Shown piece after piece: positions 19,130 through 27,511 of a DNA stretch of 64,000 bases. How positions within the stretch are numbered: position 1 is the first letter of the stretch; every line of letters starts with the position of its first letter. A program made the translations under genes and the position numbers. Under the pieces are notes generated by a model that was not told the origin of the DNA, searched no databases, and was given only the letters and a program-made list of their open reading frames with translations. Origin of the DNA: Gemmatimonadota bacterium (lineage in GTDB: Bacteria; Gemmatimonadota; Gemmatimonadetes; Palauibacterales; KS3-K002); NCBI GenBank assembly GCA_039586755.1, contig JBDHJU010000007.1, positions 27,876 to 91,875 on the forward strand. The letters run 5' to 3'.

Positions 19130-20287
19130 ATGGCGGCTGAAGCTCGGGACCCACGTGAGACCATCACCCCCGACGCCTTCTCGGTGGCGCCGAACCTACT
19201 CGGCACACCGCTAGCCCGACCGTGGCGTAGGGGTGTCGCGATGGGGATCGACCTGCTGGCCATCGCCATCATCGCCGGATTGCGCATTTCGTGGTTCCTG
19301 TTCTTTTTCGCCCTCACGATCCTTTTCTTCCGGGCGGCCATGCGCCCGTCCGCCAGCGCACTTCGCAAGGGGACCCGCCGCACAACCTTCGGTGTGCTCG
19401 CCGCACTGGCACTGGTCGGGACGCTGATCGCCGGATACGAAGCGTTCGGCGATTTCGGCCGGCTCTCATGGATCGGCGCCGACGAATCGGCGGAGACCGA
19501 AGACGCGCAGGAACTGAGCGTTATGGATGCCTTTGGGACGGCGCGGGACGCCGTTGCGGTCCAGTCGGCTGTGTCGGCGACCGAGATGACGGATGCGGCG
19601 ACTCGACTCGGCGCGCGGCTGCAGAGCATGGGAGTCGAAGGCGCCGAGATTCGGGCCACGCTGGACGAATTGGCCGAGAGAAAGGCGGAGCCCTGGGCGC
19701 GGGATGCCATGACCGCCGCGCTGGCGAATCTGGGCCTCGAAGTGGTGGCGCTCAAACGGCAGGTTGACCCCGATTCCCTCCTCCTTGCCTACGCCGCCGC
19801 GCTGCAGGCGGGTGATTCGGCCGCCACGGGCTCGCTCCGCGAGCCGCTCGTCGATGCGATCGCTGCCGACCGCATCGAGGCGCTGGAGGGAAGAAACGAG
19901 CGGCTGGTCGCCGACAACCAAGAGCTGGAGCAACGGCTCGAGCAGGAGAGGAGCCGCGGGCTCATCAGCATGATCACAAGGATCCTGAACGAGGTCGGTA
20001 TCGAGTTCGGTTGGTCGGCCCTTTACTTCACCTTCTTACCGGTGATCTGGCGAGGACGAACGCCGGGTAAGCGTCTCTTAGGTGTGCGTATCGTGCGGCT
20101 GGATGGTAGACCGCTCGGCTGGTGGTCCGCTCTTAACCGCTTCGGCGGCTATGCCGCCTCGATCTTCACCGGCCTGCTCGGCTTCTTCGAGATGTTTTGG
20201 GACGACAACCGCCAAGCCATGCAGGACCGCATCGCCGCAACTGTGGTCGTGCGGGAGACGAGCGGCCCGGCCCGGTCGGCCGGGTAG
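19130..20287 (+). CDS. RDD family membrane protein with long central coiled-coil insertion
   Basis: ATG 19130 preceded by GGAGGAGGG. N-terminal RDD-like segment (WRRGVAMGIDLLAIAIIAGL), C-terminal half GKRLLGVRIVRLDGRPLGWWSALNRFGGY typical of RDD domains. About 200-aa charged/coiled-coil linker between them. Confidence 0.65.
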   Translation: MAAEARDPRETITPDAFSVAPNLLGTPLARPWRRGVAMGIDLLAIAIIAGLRISWFLFFFALTILFFRAAMRPSASALRKGTRRTTFGVLAALALVGTLIAGYEAFGDFGRLSWIGADESAETEDAQELSVMDAFGTARDAVAVQSAVSATEMTDAATRLGARLQSMGVEGAEIRATLDELAERKAEPWARDAMTAALANLGLEVVALKRQVDPDSLLLAYAAALQAGDSAATGSLREPLVDAIAADRIEALEGRNERLVADNQELEQRLEQERSRGLISMITRILNEVGIEFGWSALYFTFLPVIWRGRTPGKRLLGVRIVRLDGRPLGWWSALNRFGGYAASIFTGLLGFFEMFWDDNRQAMQDRIAATVVVRETSGPARSAG

Positions 20288-20411
20288 GCTACGAAACCGG
20301 AGCGGTGGGGACCCTCGTACGTTAAGATGATACAGGCCGTGCTGACCGTGCCGACTACGGTCGTGGAGGGACAGCTACTGATCACCGACCACCGGGAGTC
20401 CAGGAGGAAAA

Positions 20412-20912
20412 GTGGAAAACGAATCGGGTTCGAACGCGTCCGGACGCGGCGCGCTTGCTGAATTCAAGGATGCCGTCACCAACCTGTTCGATCAAGTGAG
20501 CAGCCAGGTGACCAGTCTCATCCCCGACCTCGGTTTCGGCCGCGAGTTCCCCAGGCACGAGCTGCGGGTCGAGGACGACGGCTACCGCGTGTTGATCGAG
20601 CTCCCGGGATTCAAGCGCGAGGAGACCGACGTATCTGTCGTCGGCCGTACCCTGACCGTCTCCGGTCAGCGCGCGCGCTTCGAGCCGCCTGCCGGTGGCC
20701 GGATGCTGCGCAGCGAGCGACCTTCGGGTGACTTCGAGCTCAACGTCCGACTTCCCTCCGAAGTAGACGCAGTCGCCGTCGTCGCCCAGATGCGAGACGG
20801 CGTTCTGGACGTGCGCTTGCCCGGACACAAAGGGGCCCGCGGGCGCAGTATCGATGTCGAAGAGGAATCCGAGAACCAGCAGGACGAACCGGGGACCCAC
20901 GCCGATGGATAG
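20412..20912 (+). CDS. Hsp20/alpha-crystallin family small heat-shock protein
   Basis: GTG start after AGGAGGA RBS. Alpha-crystallin domain pattern (..DDGYRVLIELPGFKREETDVSVVGRTLTVSGQR...DGVLDVRLPG). Confidence 0.8.
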   Translation: MENESGSNASGRGALAEFKDAVTNLFDQVSSQVTSLIPDLGFGREFPRHELRVEDDGYRVLIELPGFKREETDVSVVGRTLTVSGQRARFEPPAGGRMLRSERPSGDFELNVRLPSEVDAVAVVAQMRDGVLDVRLPGHKGARGRSIDVEEESENQQDEPGTHADG

Positions 20913-21297
20913 AATCGACAAGGACGAACTGCGCGAGGCGGAGCAGAGCGAGGCAACTAGGGAACAGCGGGAAGTTCGGGCCCGACGCCGCCGTTACGTG
21001 CGCCCGCCAGTCGACATCTACTCGACCGCGTCGGAGATGGTTGTTCTCGCCGACATGCCCGGCGTCCAGAAGGGTGACCTCGGCATAACCGTCGAGCGCG
21101 ACGAGCTCGTCCTCGAGGCCAAAGCCGCCGGCCGCGCCGAGGAGGAAAGCACGCTTCCCTGGGGGTACTACCGGCGATTCAAGCTCAAGACCGCCTTCGA
21201 TCGCGAGCGCATCGCCGCGCGACTCGAGAATGGTATCGTGCGCGTCACCCTGCCAAAGGCCGCCAGCGAACAGACGCATAAAGTAGAGGTCGACTGA
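20905..21297 (+). CDS. Hsp20/alpha-crystallin family small heat-shock protein (second tandem copy)
   Basis: MDRIDKDEL start overlaps upstream stop (ATGGATAG). ADMPGVQKGDLGITVERDELVLEA...GIVRVTLPK alpha-crystallin domain. ORF track begins 20854. Confidence 0.75.
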   Translation: MDRIDKDELREAEQSEATREQREVRARRRRYVRPPVDIYSTASEMVVLADMPGVQKGDLGITVERDELVLEAKAAGRAEEESTLPWGYYRRFKLKTAFDRERIAARLENGIVRVTLPKAASEQTHKVEVD

Positions 21298-21367
21298 CCA
21301 ATAGCGCCGGGGCCCGGCCGCTCGTCCGGGCGGGGCCCCCGTCCCGGTCCCACCCAGCGGCGCCGCA

Positions 21368-21419
21368 CTGCCGTTATGGCAGCTTTCCGTGGCACGCGAG
21401 TTGCCCCTTACTGTATAAT
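21368..21419 (+). promoter_or_regulatory. Candidate sigma54 (-24/-12) promoter TGGCACGcgagTTGC with adjacent 13-bp palindrome and overlapping TGTATAAT element, upstream of clpB
   Basis: 21390-21404 TGGCACG-N4-TTGC matches the RpoN consensus core. 21369-21381 TGCCgttatGGCA is a perfect inverted repeat. TATAAT at 21414-21419 preceded by TG. clpB ATG at 21499. Confidence 0.45.
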
Positions 21420-21498
21420 TTGATGTCTCTTCACGTCGCGCGCGCTCGAGCCGGGGCCGAGGGCGGGCGTCGCGATCAGCAGGAGGTGAGAGCGGTAG

Positions 21499-24096
21499 AT
21501 GATCTCGTTTGACCGACTGACGGTGAAGGCCGGAGAGGCGCTGCAGGCTTCGATCAGCCTGGCCAGCGGGCGGGGAAACCCTGCGGTGGAGGACATCCAT
21601 CTGCTCCAGGCGTTGCTGGACCAGGAGGGTGGTGTGGCCGGGCCGCTCTTGGGCCGTGTGGGCGTCCGCTATGAGCAGCTGGGAAAGAAGGTGAGCGAGG
21701 CGCTGGATCGACTGGCGCGCCAGGAGGGCGCGTCCGGCGCGATGCCGTCACGGGAACTGGTCCAGGTCCTGGATGAGGCGGAGAAGGAAGCGAGGGAGCT
21801 TGGCGACCAGTTCGTCTCGAGCGAGCATCTGCTGCTGGCGCTGCATTCGAAGGCGGCGAGCACGACGGGTCCGCTGCTCAAAGGCCTGGGTGCGACGCGT
21901 GAGGGTCTGTTACAGGCGATCCTGGACATGCGGGGTCCGCATCGTGTGACCGACAGGGAAGCGGAGGAAAAGTATCAGACGATTCAGAAGTTCACGATCG
22001 ACCTGACAGACATGGCGCGGCGTGGCAAGCTGGACCCGGTGATCGGGCGCGATGAGGAAATCCGGCGCGTCATGCAGGTGCTGTCGAGGCGGACGAAGAA
22101 CAACCCGGTGCTGATCGGCGAGCCCGGAGTCGGCAAGACGGCGATCGTAGAGGGCCTTGCCCAGCGCATCGTAAACGGCGACGTGCCCGAGTCTTTGAGC
22201 AACAAGCAGCTTATCCAGGTCGACATCGCGAGCATGATTGCGGGGACGAAGTATCGCGGCCAATTCGAGGAGCGCTTCAAAGCGCTACTGAAGGAGATCA
22301 CCGAGAGCGAAGGCCTGTACGTCGTCTTCATCGACGAGCTGCATACGATCGTCGGCGCCGGCGCGGCGGAGGGCGCGGTGGACGCGGGCAACATGATGAA
22401 GCCATTGCTTGCCCGCGGTCAGCTGCGTGTCGTCGGTGCGACGACGCTGAACGAGTATCGCGAGCACGTAGAGACCGACACGGCCCTGGAGCGGCGTTTC
22501 CAGCCGATCTTCACTTCGGAGCCGAGCGTCGAGGACACGGTGGGAATTCTGCGGGGCCTGAAGGAGCGCTACGAGGTTCATCACGGCGTACGGATCACCG
22601 ATGGCGCCATAGTATCGGCGGCGCGGCTTTCCAATCGCTACATCGCCGATCGGTTTTTGCCTGACAAGGCCATCGACCTAATCGACGAGGCGGCCTCGAT
22701 GCTGAGGATCGAGATCGATTCGATGCCGCTGGAGATCGACGAGGTGGAACGGCGGACCGTTCAGCTCGAGATCGAGAAGCAGGCGTTGCAGAAGGAGGAG
22801 GACAAAGAGAGCCGCAAGCGGCTGGAGCGGCTTGAAAAAGAGCTGGCCGAGCTGCGCGAGCGGTCCAGCGGTATGAAGGCGAAGTGGCAAGCCGAGAAAG
22901 AGGCGATCGAGAACATCCGTACGCTCAAGAGCCTGATCGAGAATCTGCGGGTCGACGCCGAACAGGCGACGCGGACCGGCGAGCACGGCAAGGTGGCGGA
23001 GATCGTTCACGGCAAGATCCCGGCGATGGAGAAGGAGTTGAAGGGGGCGACCGAGAAACTCGCCCGGCTCCAGGAGGAGTCACGTTACCTCAAGGAGGAA
23101 GTGACCGAGGAAGACATCGCGGCGGTCGTCTCGCGCTGGACGGGGATTCCGGTCTCCAAGATGATGGAGAGCGAGCGCGAGCGCCTCGTCCACCTCGAGG
23201 AACACCTTCACCAGCGCGTCGTCAATCAGAGTCAGGCCATCGAAGCGGTGGCCAACGCCGTGCGCCGTAACCGTGCAGGCCTGCAGGACCCCAATCGTCC
23301 GGTCGGCAGCTTCATATTCCTCGGTCCTACCGGTGTCGGTAAGACCGAGACCGCCAGGGCGCTTGCCGCGTTCCTGTTCGACGACGAGGCGGCGATGGTC
23401 CGTCTCGACATGTCGGAGTACATGGAACGCCACTCGGTGGCCCGGCTTATCGGAGCACCGCCAGGATACATCGGCTACGAGGAGGGCGGTCAGCTGACCG
23501 AGCGGGTTCGCCGGCGGCCGTACAGCGTAGTCCTGTTCGATGAGATCGAGAAGGCGCACCCCGACGTCTTCAATATCCTGTTGCAGGTGCTGGACGACGG
23601 ACGGCTCACAGACAGTCACGGTCGGACAGTGGACTTCCGCAACACCGTCCTGATCATGACCTCGAATATCGGTGGCCAGTGGATCCTCGAACCGGAGGCC
23701 GAGGGCGATTGGGAAGAGGTCGAGAAGCGCGTCTGGGAGGGTTTGCGCGCCACCTTCAGGCCCGAGTTCCTGAACCGCGTAGATGACATCATCGTTTACC
23801 AGATGCTGGGCCGCGACGAGCTGAGAAAGATCGTCGATCTGCAGCTCGGGCACGCCGGTTCGCTGCTGGCTGAACAAAAACTGACGCTCGATGTCACGGA
23901 TGCGGCACGCGACCTGATATCGGCGGAAGGTTACGAGCCCGCCTTCGGTGCCCGACCGCTGAAGCGCGCGCTCCAGCAGTTGCTCTTCAATCCGCTATCC
24001 ACAGCGGTTCTCGAGGGAACCTTCAGTGAGGGCGACAAAGTCATTGTCGATCGTCAGCCCGACGAGGACCAGCTTTCCTTCCGGAAGGCGGAGTGA
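21499..24096 (+). CDS. clpB: ATP-dependent chaperone ClpB (disaggregase)
   Basis: 865 aa. Two AAA+ modules ([16 protein letters not shown] Walker A), coiled-coil M-domain, collinear with E. coli ClpB. GGAGGTGA RBS. Confidence 0.95.
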   Translation: MISFDRLTVKAGEALQASISLASGRGNPAVEDIHLLQALLDQEGGVAGPLLGRVGVRYEQLGKKVSEALDRLARQEGASGAMPSRELVQVLDEAEKEARELGDQFVSSEHLLLALHSKAASTTGPLLKGLGATREGLLQAILDMRGPHRVTDREAEEKYQTIQKFTIDLTDMARRGKLDPVIGRDEEIRRVMQVLSRRTKNNPVLIGEPGVGKTAIVEGLAQRIVNGDVPESLSNKQLIQVDIASMIAGTKYRGQFEERFKALLKEITESEGLYVVFIDELHTIVGAGAAEGAVDAGNMMKPLLARGQLRVVGATTLNEYREHVETDTALERRFQPIFTSEPSVEDTVGILRGLKERYEVHHGVRITDGAIVSAARLSNRYIADRFLPDKAIDLIDEAASMLRIEIDSMPLEIDEVERRTVQLEIEKQALQKEEDKESRKRLERLEKELAELRERSSGMKAKWQAEKEAIENIRTLKSLIENLRVDAEQATRTGEHGKVAEIVHGKIPAMEKELKGATEKLARLQEESRYLKEEVTEEDIAAVVSRWTGIPVSKMMESERERLVHLEEHLHQRVVNQSQAIEAVANAVRRNRAGLQDPNRPVGSFIFLGPTGVGKTETARALAAFLFDDEAAMVRLDMSEYMERHSVARLIGAPPGYIGYEEGGQLTERVRRRPYSVVLFDEIEKAHPDVFNILLQVLDDGRLTDSHGRTVDFRNTVLIMTSNIGGQWILEPEAEGDWEEVEKRVWEGLRATFRPEFLNRVDDIIVYQMLGRDELRKIVDLQLGHAGSLLAEQKLTLDVTDAARDLISAEGYEPAFGARPLKRALQQLLFNPLSTAVLEGTFSEGDKVIVDRQPDEDQLSFRKAE

Positions 24097-24367
24097 ACCG
24101 GGGGATCGAAAGAACCTCGACACCTGACAGCCTACAGCCGACAATCGGTTTTCCAGCATCACCTTTACCACCGACTCTCGACGTCCGATGACCGACGGCC
24201 AGCGTCGAACCTCGAACAGCGGACGTCGAGCGTCGAACGCCGAGAAACAGCCGGTCGTCGATAACCGGCTGTCGGCTGTCGACCTGTCCCTCATTCTCTC
24301 TTTCTTCATCACGAACTGTGCGGTCGACAACCGGCCTGGTTTACTCTATTCTTGTAACGTGTTCCTG

Positions 24368-24901
24368 ATGGAAGGAATCATCATTCCCTTAACCGGGGGT
24401 CCGAAGGTGCGTAAGGCTGATCGAGTGGCGGTGTTGGCCGCGGTCCTGGTTGGACTGGGCGGCTGTGGCGGTGGTGGTGGCACCTCTTCCATCGACATGC
24501 CGGCGGGTGCGGCGAGTCCGGAGGAGGCGGTCGAAACGTTCCTCAACGCGGCCAATGAAGCGCAGGAGGCGAAAGCGGCGGGCGAATTCGAGCGGGTGCG
24601 AGTTTCGTACGAGCGGATGGCTGCCGTGTTCGGCACGGACCAGGGCTCGATCTCCAGGTCTTACCCGGAACAGGAAGTCAGGGACAGGATGATCGTGCTC
24701 GCGGCCTGCATCCGTCCGGTTAGCTTTCGCATCGTGTCATCGCCGGATTTCTCCGCCCGCGACCGAGGCGAAATGCTTGTCACGGCGGAGATCGCCCGCA
24801 CGCCGACGAACGTGACTCTGCCGTTCCGGGTCATCCTCGCCAGGGACGACCGCTGGTACATCGAACAGATTATTCTGTCGCTGCAAACGTTCGAGTGCTG
24901 A
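24368..24901 (+). CDS. Hypothetical lipoprotein
   Basis: ORF track 24188-24901. Internal ATG 24368 gives a signal peptide with lipobox (AVLVGLGGC) and Gly-rich linker. No recognised family. Confidence 0.5.
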   Translation: MEGIIIPLTGGPKVRKADRVAVLAAVLVGLGGCGGGGGTSSIDMPAGAASPEEAVETFLNAANEAQEAKAAGEFERVRVSYERMAAVFGTDQGSISRSYPEQEVRDRMIVLAACIRPVSFRIVSSPDFSARDRGEMLVTAEIARTPTNVTLPFRVILARDDRWYIEQIILSLQTFEC

Positions 24902-24939
24902 ACCGCTGCCGGCTCCGACCGTGCAGCCGAAGCGGCCGC

Positions 24940-25350
24940 CTAGCCTGCCCGTTCGCAGAGCTCGAGCAGCACTCCAAGGGTACCCCCAGGGTGGAGGAAA
25001 GCCACGCGGCGGCCGCCGGCCCCACGCCTGGGAGCTTCGCCGACGGGCGCCAGTCCCGCCGCCTGGCAGCGCTCCAGAGCGGCTTCCACGTCTGTTACCT
25101 CCAGAGCGATGTGGTGCAGGCCGGGCCCGCGCCGCTCCAGGAAGCGCCCTACGGGCGAGTCGGAGGCGGTGGGCTCGAGGAGCTCCAGCCTGGCGTCACC
25201 GAGGTCGAAGAAGGCGATCTGTACCTGTTCCGAGTCGACGACCTCGCGACCCGAGTCGGGCCGGCCCAGAACAGCGCTGTAGACGGCCACCGCCGCGTCG
25301 AGATCCTCCACGGCGATTGCCACGTGCTCGAGACGAGCCTCTAGTCCCAT
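24940..25350 (-). CDS. VOC/glyoxalase-family protein, methylmalonyl-CoA epimerase-like
   Basis: MGLEARLEHVAIAVEDLDAAVAVYSAVLG... about 137 aa, typical VOC beta-alpha-beta-beta-beta module. The 297-aa ORF in the track is a spurious 5' extension antisense to trxA. Confidence 0.7.
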   Translation of the reverse strand: MGLEARLEHVAIAVEDLDAAVAVYSAVLGRPDSGREVVDSEQVQIAFFDLGDARLELLEPTASDSPVGRFLERRGPGLHHIALEVTDVEAALERCQAAGLAPVGEAPRRGAGGRRVAFLHPGGTLGVLLELCERAG

Positions 25351-25515
25351 CGGGAACCCCTTGACACAGGTATACGTTACATCGCCGGTGCCGGGCCGGT
25401 CGGGGCCTGCCTCGGCGGCGCCAGCCCGAAGATTATGATATAATTGGTGTCGTGTGAAAGGGGCAGGCGCAGGACGCCGGTCGGCAAGGTGGGAGCGTCG
25501 GAATTGGAGAGAGTA

Positions 25516-25842
25516 ATGGGGGTCGTGAAAGAGGTCACCGACGAGACGTTCGCTGAGGAGGTAGAACAGATTGACGGTGTGGCGATGGTGGACTTCTGGG
25601 CCGCCTGGTGCGGGCCCTGTCGCCTCGTGGCGCCGATCGTCGAGGATCTGGCACACGAGTACGAGGGCCAGGTCAAAGTAGCGAAGCTCGACGTCGATGC
25701 GAGCCAGCGGACGGCGTTTCGGTTCAACATCCGGTCGATACCGAGCATCCTGTTCTTCAAGGACGGGGAGCATGTGGATACGGTGATCGGCTATGTCCCC
25801 AAGCAGGCCTTGGAACAGAAGCTCAAGCAGCACCTGGACTGA
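25516..25842 (+). CDS. trxA: Thioredoxin
   Basis: 108 aa from ATG 25516 (RBS GGAGAG). WCGPC active site. Canonical thioredoxin length and sequence. Confidence 0.9.
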   Translation: MGVVKEVTDETFAEEVEQIDGVAMVDFWAAWCGPCRLVAPIVEDLAHEYEGQVKVAKLDVDASQRTAFRFNIRSIPSILFFKDGEHVDTVIGYVPKQALEQKLKQHLD

Positions 25843-25868
25843 GGCGGCCGGGTCTGTCGATACTAACG

Positions 25869-25906
25869 GAACGCCCCTGCAGGCACTGCGGGGGCGTTTT
25901 CTCGTT
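25869..25906 (+). terminator. Rho-independent terminator after trxA
   Basis: AACGCCCC-(tgcaggcactgc)-GGGGCGTT followed by TTTTCTCGTT. Confidence 0.75.
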
Positions 25907-25955
25907 CGGCCGCTCGCCTGTTAACTTTCCTTAGGCTCTTTACGGCAGGCCACGC

Positions 25956-26810
25956 ATGACGACTGTAGGCACTCTCTATCTCATCAGCACGCCCATCGGC
26001 AATCTCGGTGATATGACGCACCGGGCCGAGTCGTCGCTGCGCGAGAGCGACATCATTCTGGCCGAAGACACCAGACGGACCCGCGTCTTGCTCGACCACT
26101 ACACGATCGAGCCGCGCTCGCTGAAATCTCTTCACCAGCATAACGAGGCCGCCCGGACGGACGAGACGCGAGCCGCCCTAGAAGCCGGCAAAACCGTGTC
26201 GCTGGTCGCCGACTCGGGTACGCCGCTCATCTCCGATCCCGGCCAGCGTCTCGTGCGGGCGGCGATCGAGGTTGGCGCCCGCGTCGTGCCTGTCCCGGGT
26301 CCGTCGGCCGCGCTGGCGGCTTTGGTAGGCTCCGGCCTCGATGTCCAGCCGTTCACTTTTTTCGGTTTCCTGCCGCGCAGCGGGCGCCGGCGCCGCGAAC
26401 TATTCGCCCAGCTCGCTACGCTTCGTCATACGGCTGTGCTGTTCGAGTCACCGCAGCGGCTGGTTGCCACCTTAGAGGAGCTTGCCGAGCAGCTGGGCCC
26501 CGAACGCGGAGTCGTGGTTGCCCGGGAACTGACGAAAATCCACGAGGAGTTTGTGAGGGGGACCCTGCTGGAAGTTACGGCATATTACAACGAGCACACA
26601 CCGTTGGGAGAGGTGGTTGTTTGTCTGGCGGCGGCGCCCGAGGCGCCGGCGGAGGAGGTCGAGGACGCTGCCCGCGCGGAGGCGCGTGTCTTGGCCGGAG
26701 CTGGTGCCACGTCGAAAGAAATCGTGCGGGCGCTGCGCGAGCGTCATGGCCTCGAGCGGAACCGCGCCTACGCGATAGCGCTCGAGGTGACGCAGGAGGA
26801 TCGGAACTGA
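25956..26810 (+). CDS. rsmI: 16S rRNA (cytidine1402-2'-O)-methyltransferase RsmI
   Basis: 284 aa. LYLISTPIGNLGDMT...ILAEDTRRTRVLL is a signature of the RsmI/YraL tetrapyrrole-methylase-fold family. Confidence 0.85.
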   Translation: MTTVGTLYLISTPIGNLGDMTHRAESSLRESDIILAEDTRRTRVLLDHYTIEPRSLKSLHQHNEAARTDETRAALEAGKTVSLVADSGTPLISDPGQRLVRAAIEVGARVVPVPGPSAALAALVGSGLDVQPFTFFGFLPRSGRRRRELFAQLATLRHTAVLFESPQRLVATLEELAEQLGPERGVVVARELTKIHEEFVRGTLLEVTAYYNEHTPLGEVVVCLAAAPEAPAEEVEDAARAEARVLAGAGATSKEIVRALRERHGLERNRAYAIALEVTQEDRN

Positions 26811-26839
26811 GGCAGAGCAGACTGGCCTGGTGTGCTGGG

Positions 26840-27511
26840 ATGGCGCTGATGCTCCACGCCGACGCGGGTCGCGCGCAGTCGCCGACGACGGCCGCGCCGA
26901 ACCCCATCCAGCCTACCATAGCGCGGCTCCATTACGACGGGGGCGGCGATTGGTACGCCAACCCATCTTCGTTACCGAACCTGCTGGAGCGAATCGCTAG
27001 AGATACGCGCCTGCCGGTTGCCGATCGTGAGGCGGTGGTCACGCCGCTGAGTCCGGACCTGCACGACTATCCTTATCTCTATATGACAGGTCATGGTAAC
27101 GTGCGGTTCGGCGAGTCGGAGGCGTCAGCGCTCCGGGCGTATCTGTTGGCGGGTGGCTTTCTACACGCGGACGACAACTACGGTATGGATGAATCGTTTC
27201 GCCGCGAGCTGCGACTCCTGTTCCCGGAGTTGGAGCTCGTGGCCGTACCATTCGACCATCCCATCTACCGAATCGTGCACGTGCTCCCCGACGGTCTGCC
27301 AAAGGTCCATGAGCACGATGGATTGCCGGCGGAAGGTCTGGGACTGTTCCACGAGGGCCGGCTCGTGGTCTTCTACAGCTATCAGTCCGACCTGGGCGAC
27401 GGCTGGGAGGATCCGCAGGTACACGACGACCCGTCCGAGGTCCGTGAGCGGGCGCTGCGGATGGGTGTGAACCTGTTCGTCTACGCCGTGGCGCAGCGCA
27501 AACCCCTATGA
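26840..27511 (+). CDS. DUF4159-like protein (class-I glutamine-amidotransferase/ThuA-like fold, predicted)
   Basis: About 223 aa. GGGDWYANPSSLPNLL...YLYMTGHGNVRFGESEASALRAYLLAGGFLHADDNYG resembles the DUF4159 consensus. ORF track begins 26621 inside rsmI; first ATG after rsmI stop is 26840. Confidence 0.6.
   Translation: MALMLHADAGRAQSPTTAAPNPIQPTIARLHYDGGGDWYANPSSLPNLLERIARDTRLPVADREAVVTPLSPDLHDYPYLYMTGHGNVRFGESEASALRAYLLAGGFLHADDNYGMDESFRRELRLLFPELELVAVPFDHPIYRIVHVLPDGLPKVHEHDGLPAEGLGLFHEGRLVVFYSYQSDLGDGWEDPQVHDDPSEVRERALRMGVNLFVYAVAQRKPL

Noticed and set aside
18862-19755. 5' 298-codon extension of the 965-aa minus-strand ORF (16858-19755)
   Set aside because: Homology to OPT transporters begins at MDPKPYDPY (ATG 18861) with a GGAGGA RBS. 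The extension is Ser/Ala/Arg-rich, overlaps the RDD gene on the other strand, and is the usual high-GC open-frame artefact.
21401-21419. TTGCCC + TATAAT as a sigma70 -35/-10 pair upstream of clpB
   Set aside because: Spacer is only 7 bp. TTGC is better explained as the -12 element of the sigma54-type motif, and TATAAT as an extended -10 without -35.
25351-25833. 5' extension of minus-strand ORF 24940-25833 overlapping trxA
   Set aside because: Only the last 137 codons (from MGLEARLEHV) resemble a VOC/epimerase. The upstream part is antisense to a canonical thioredoxin gene.
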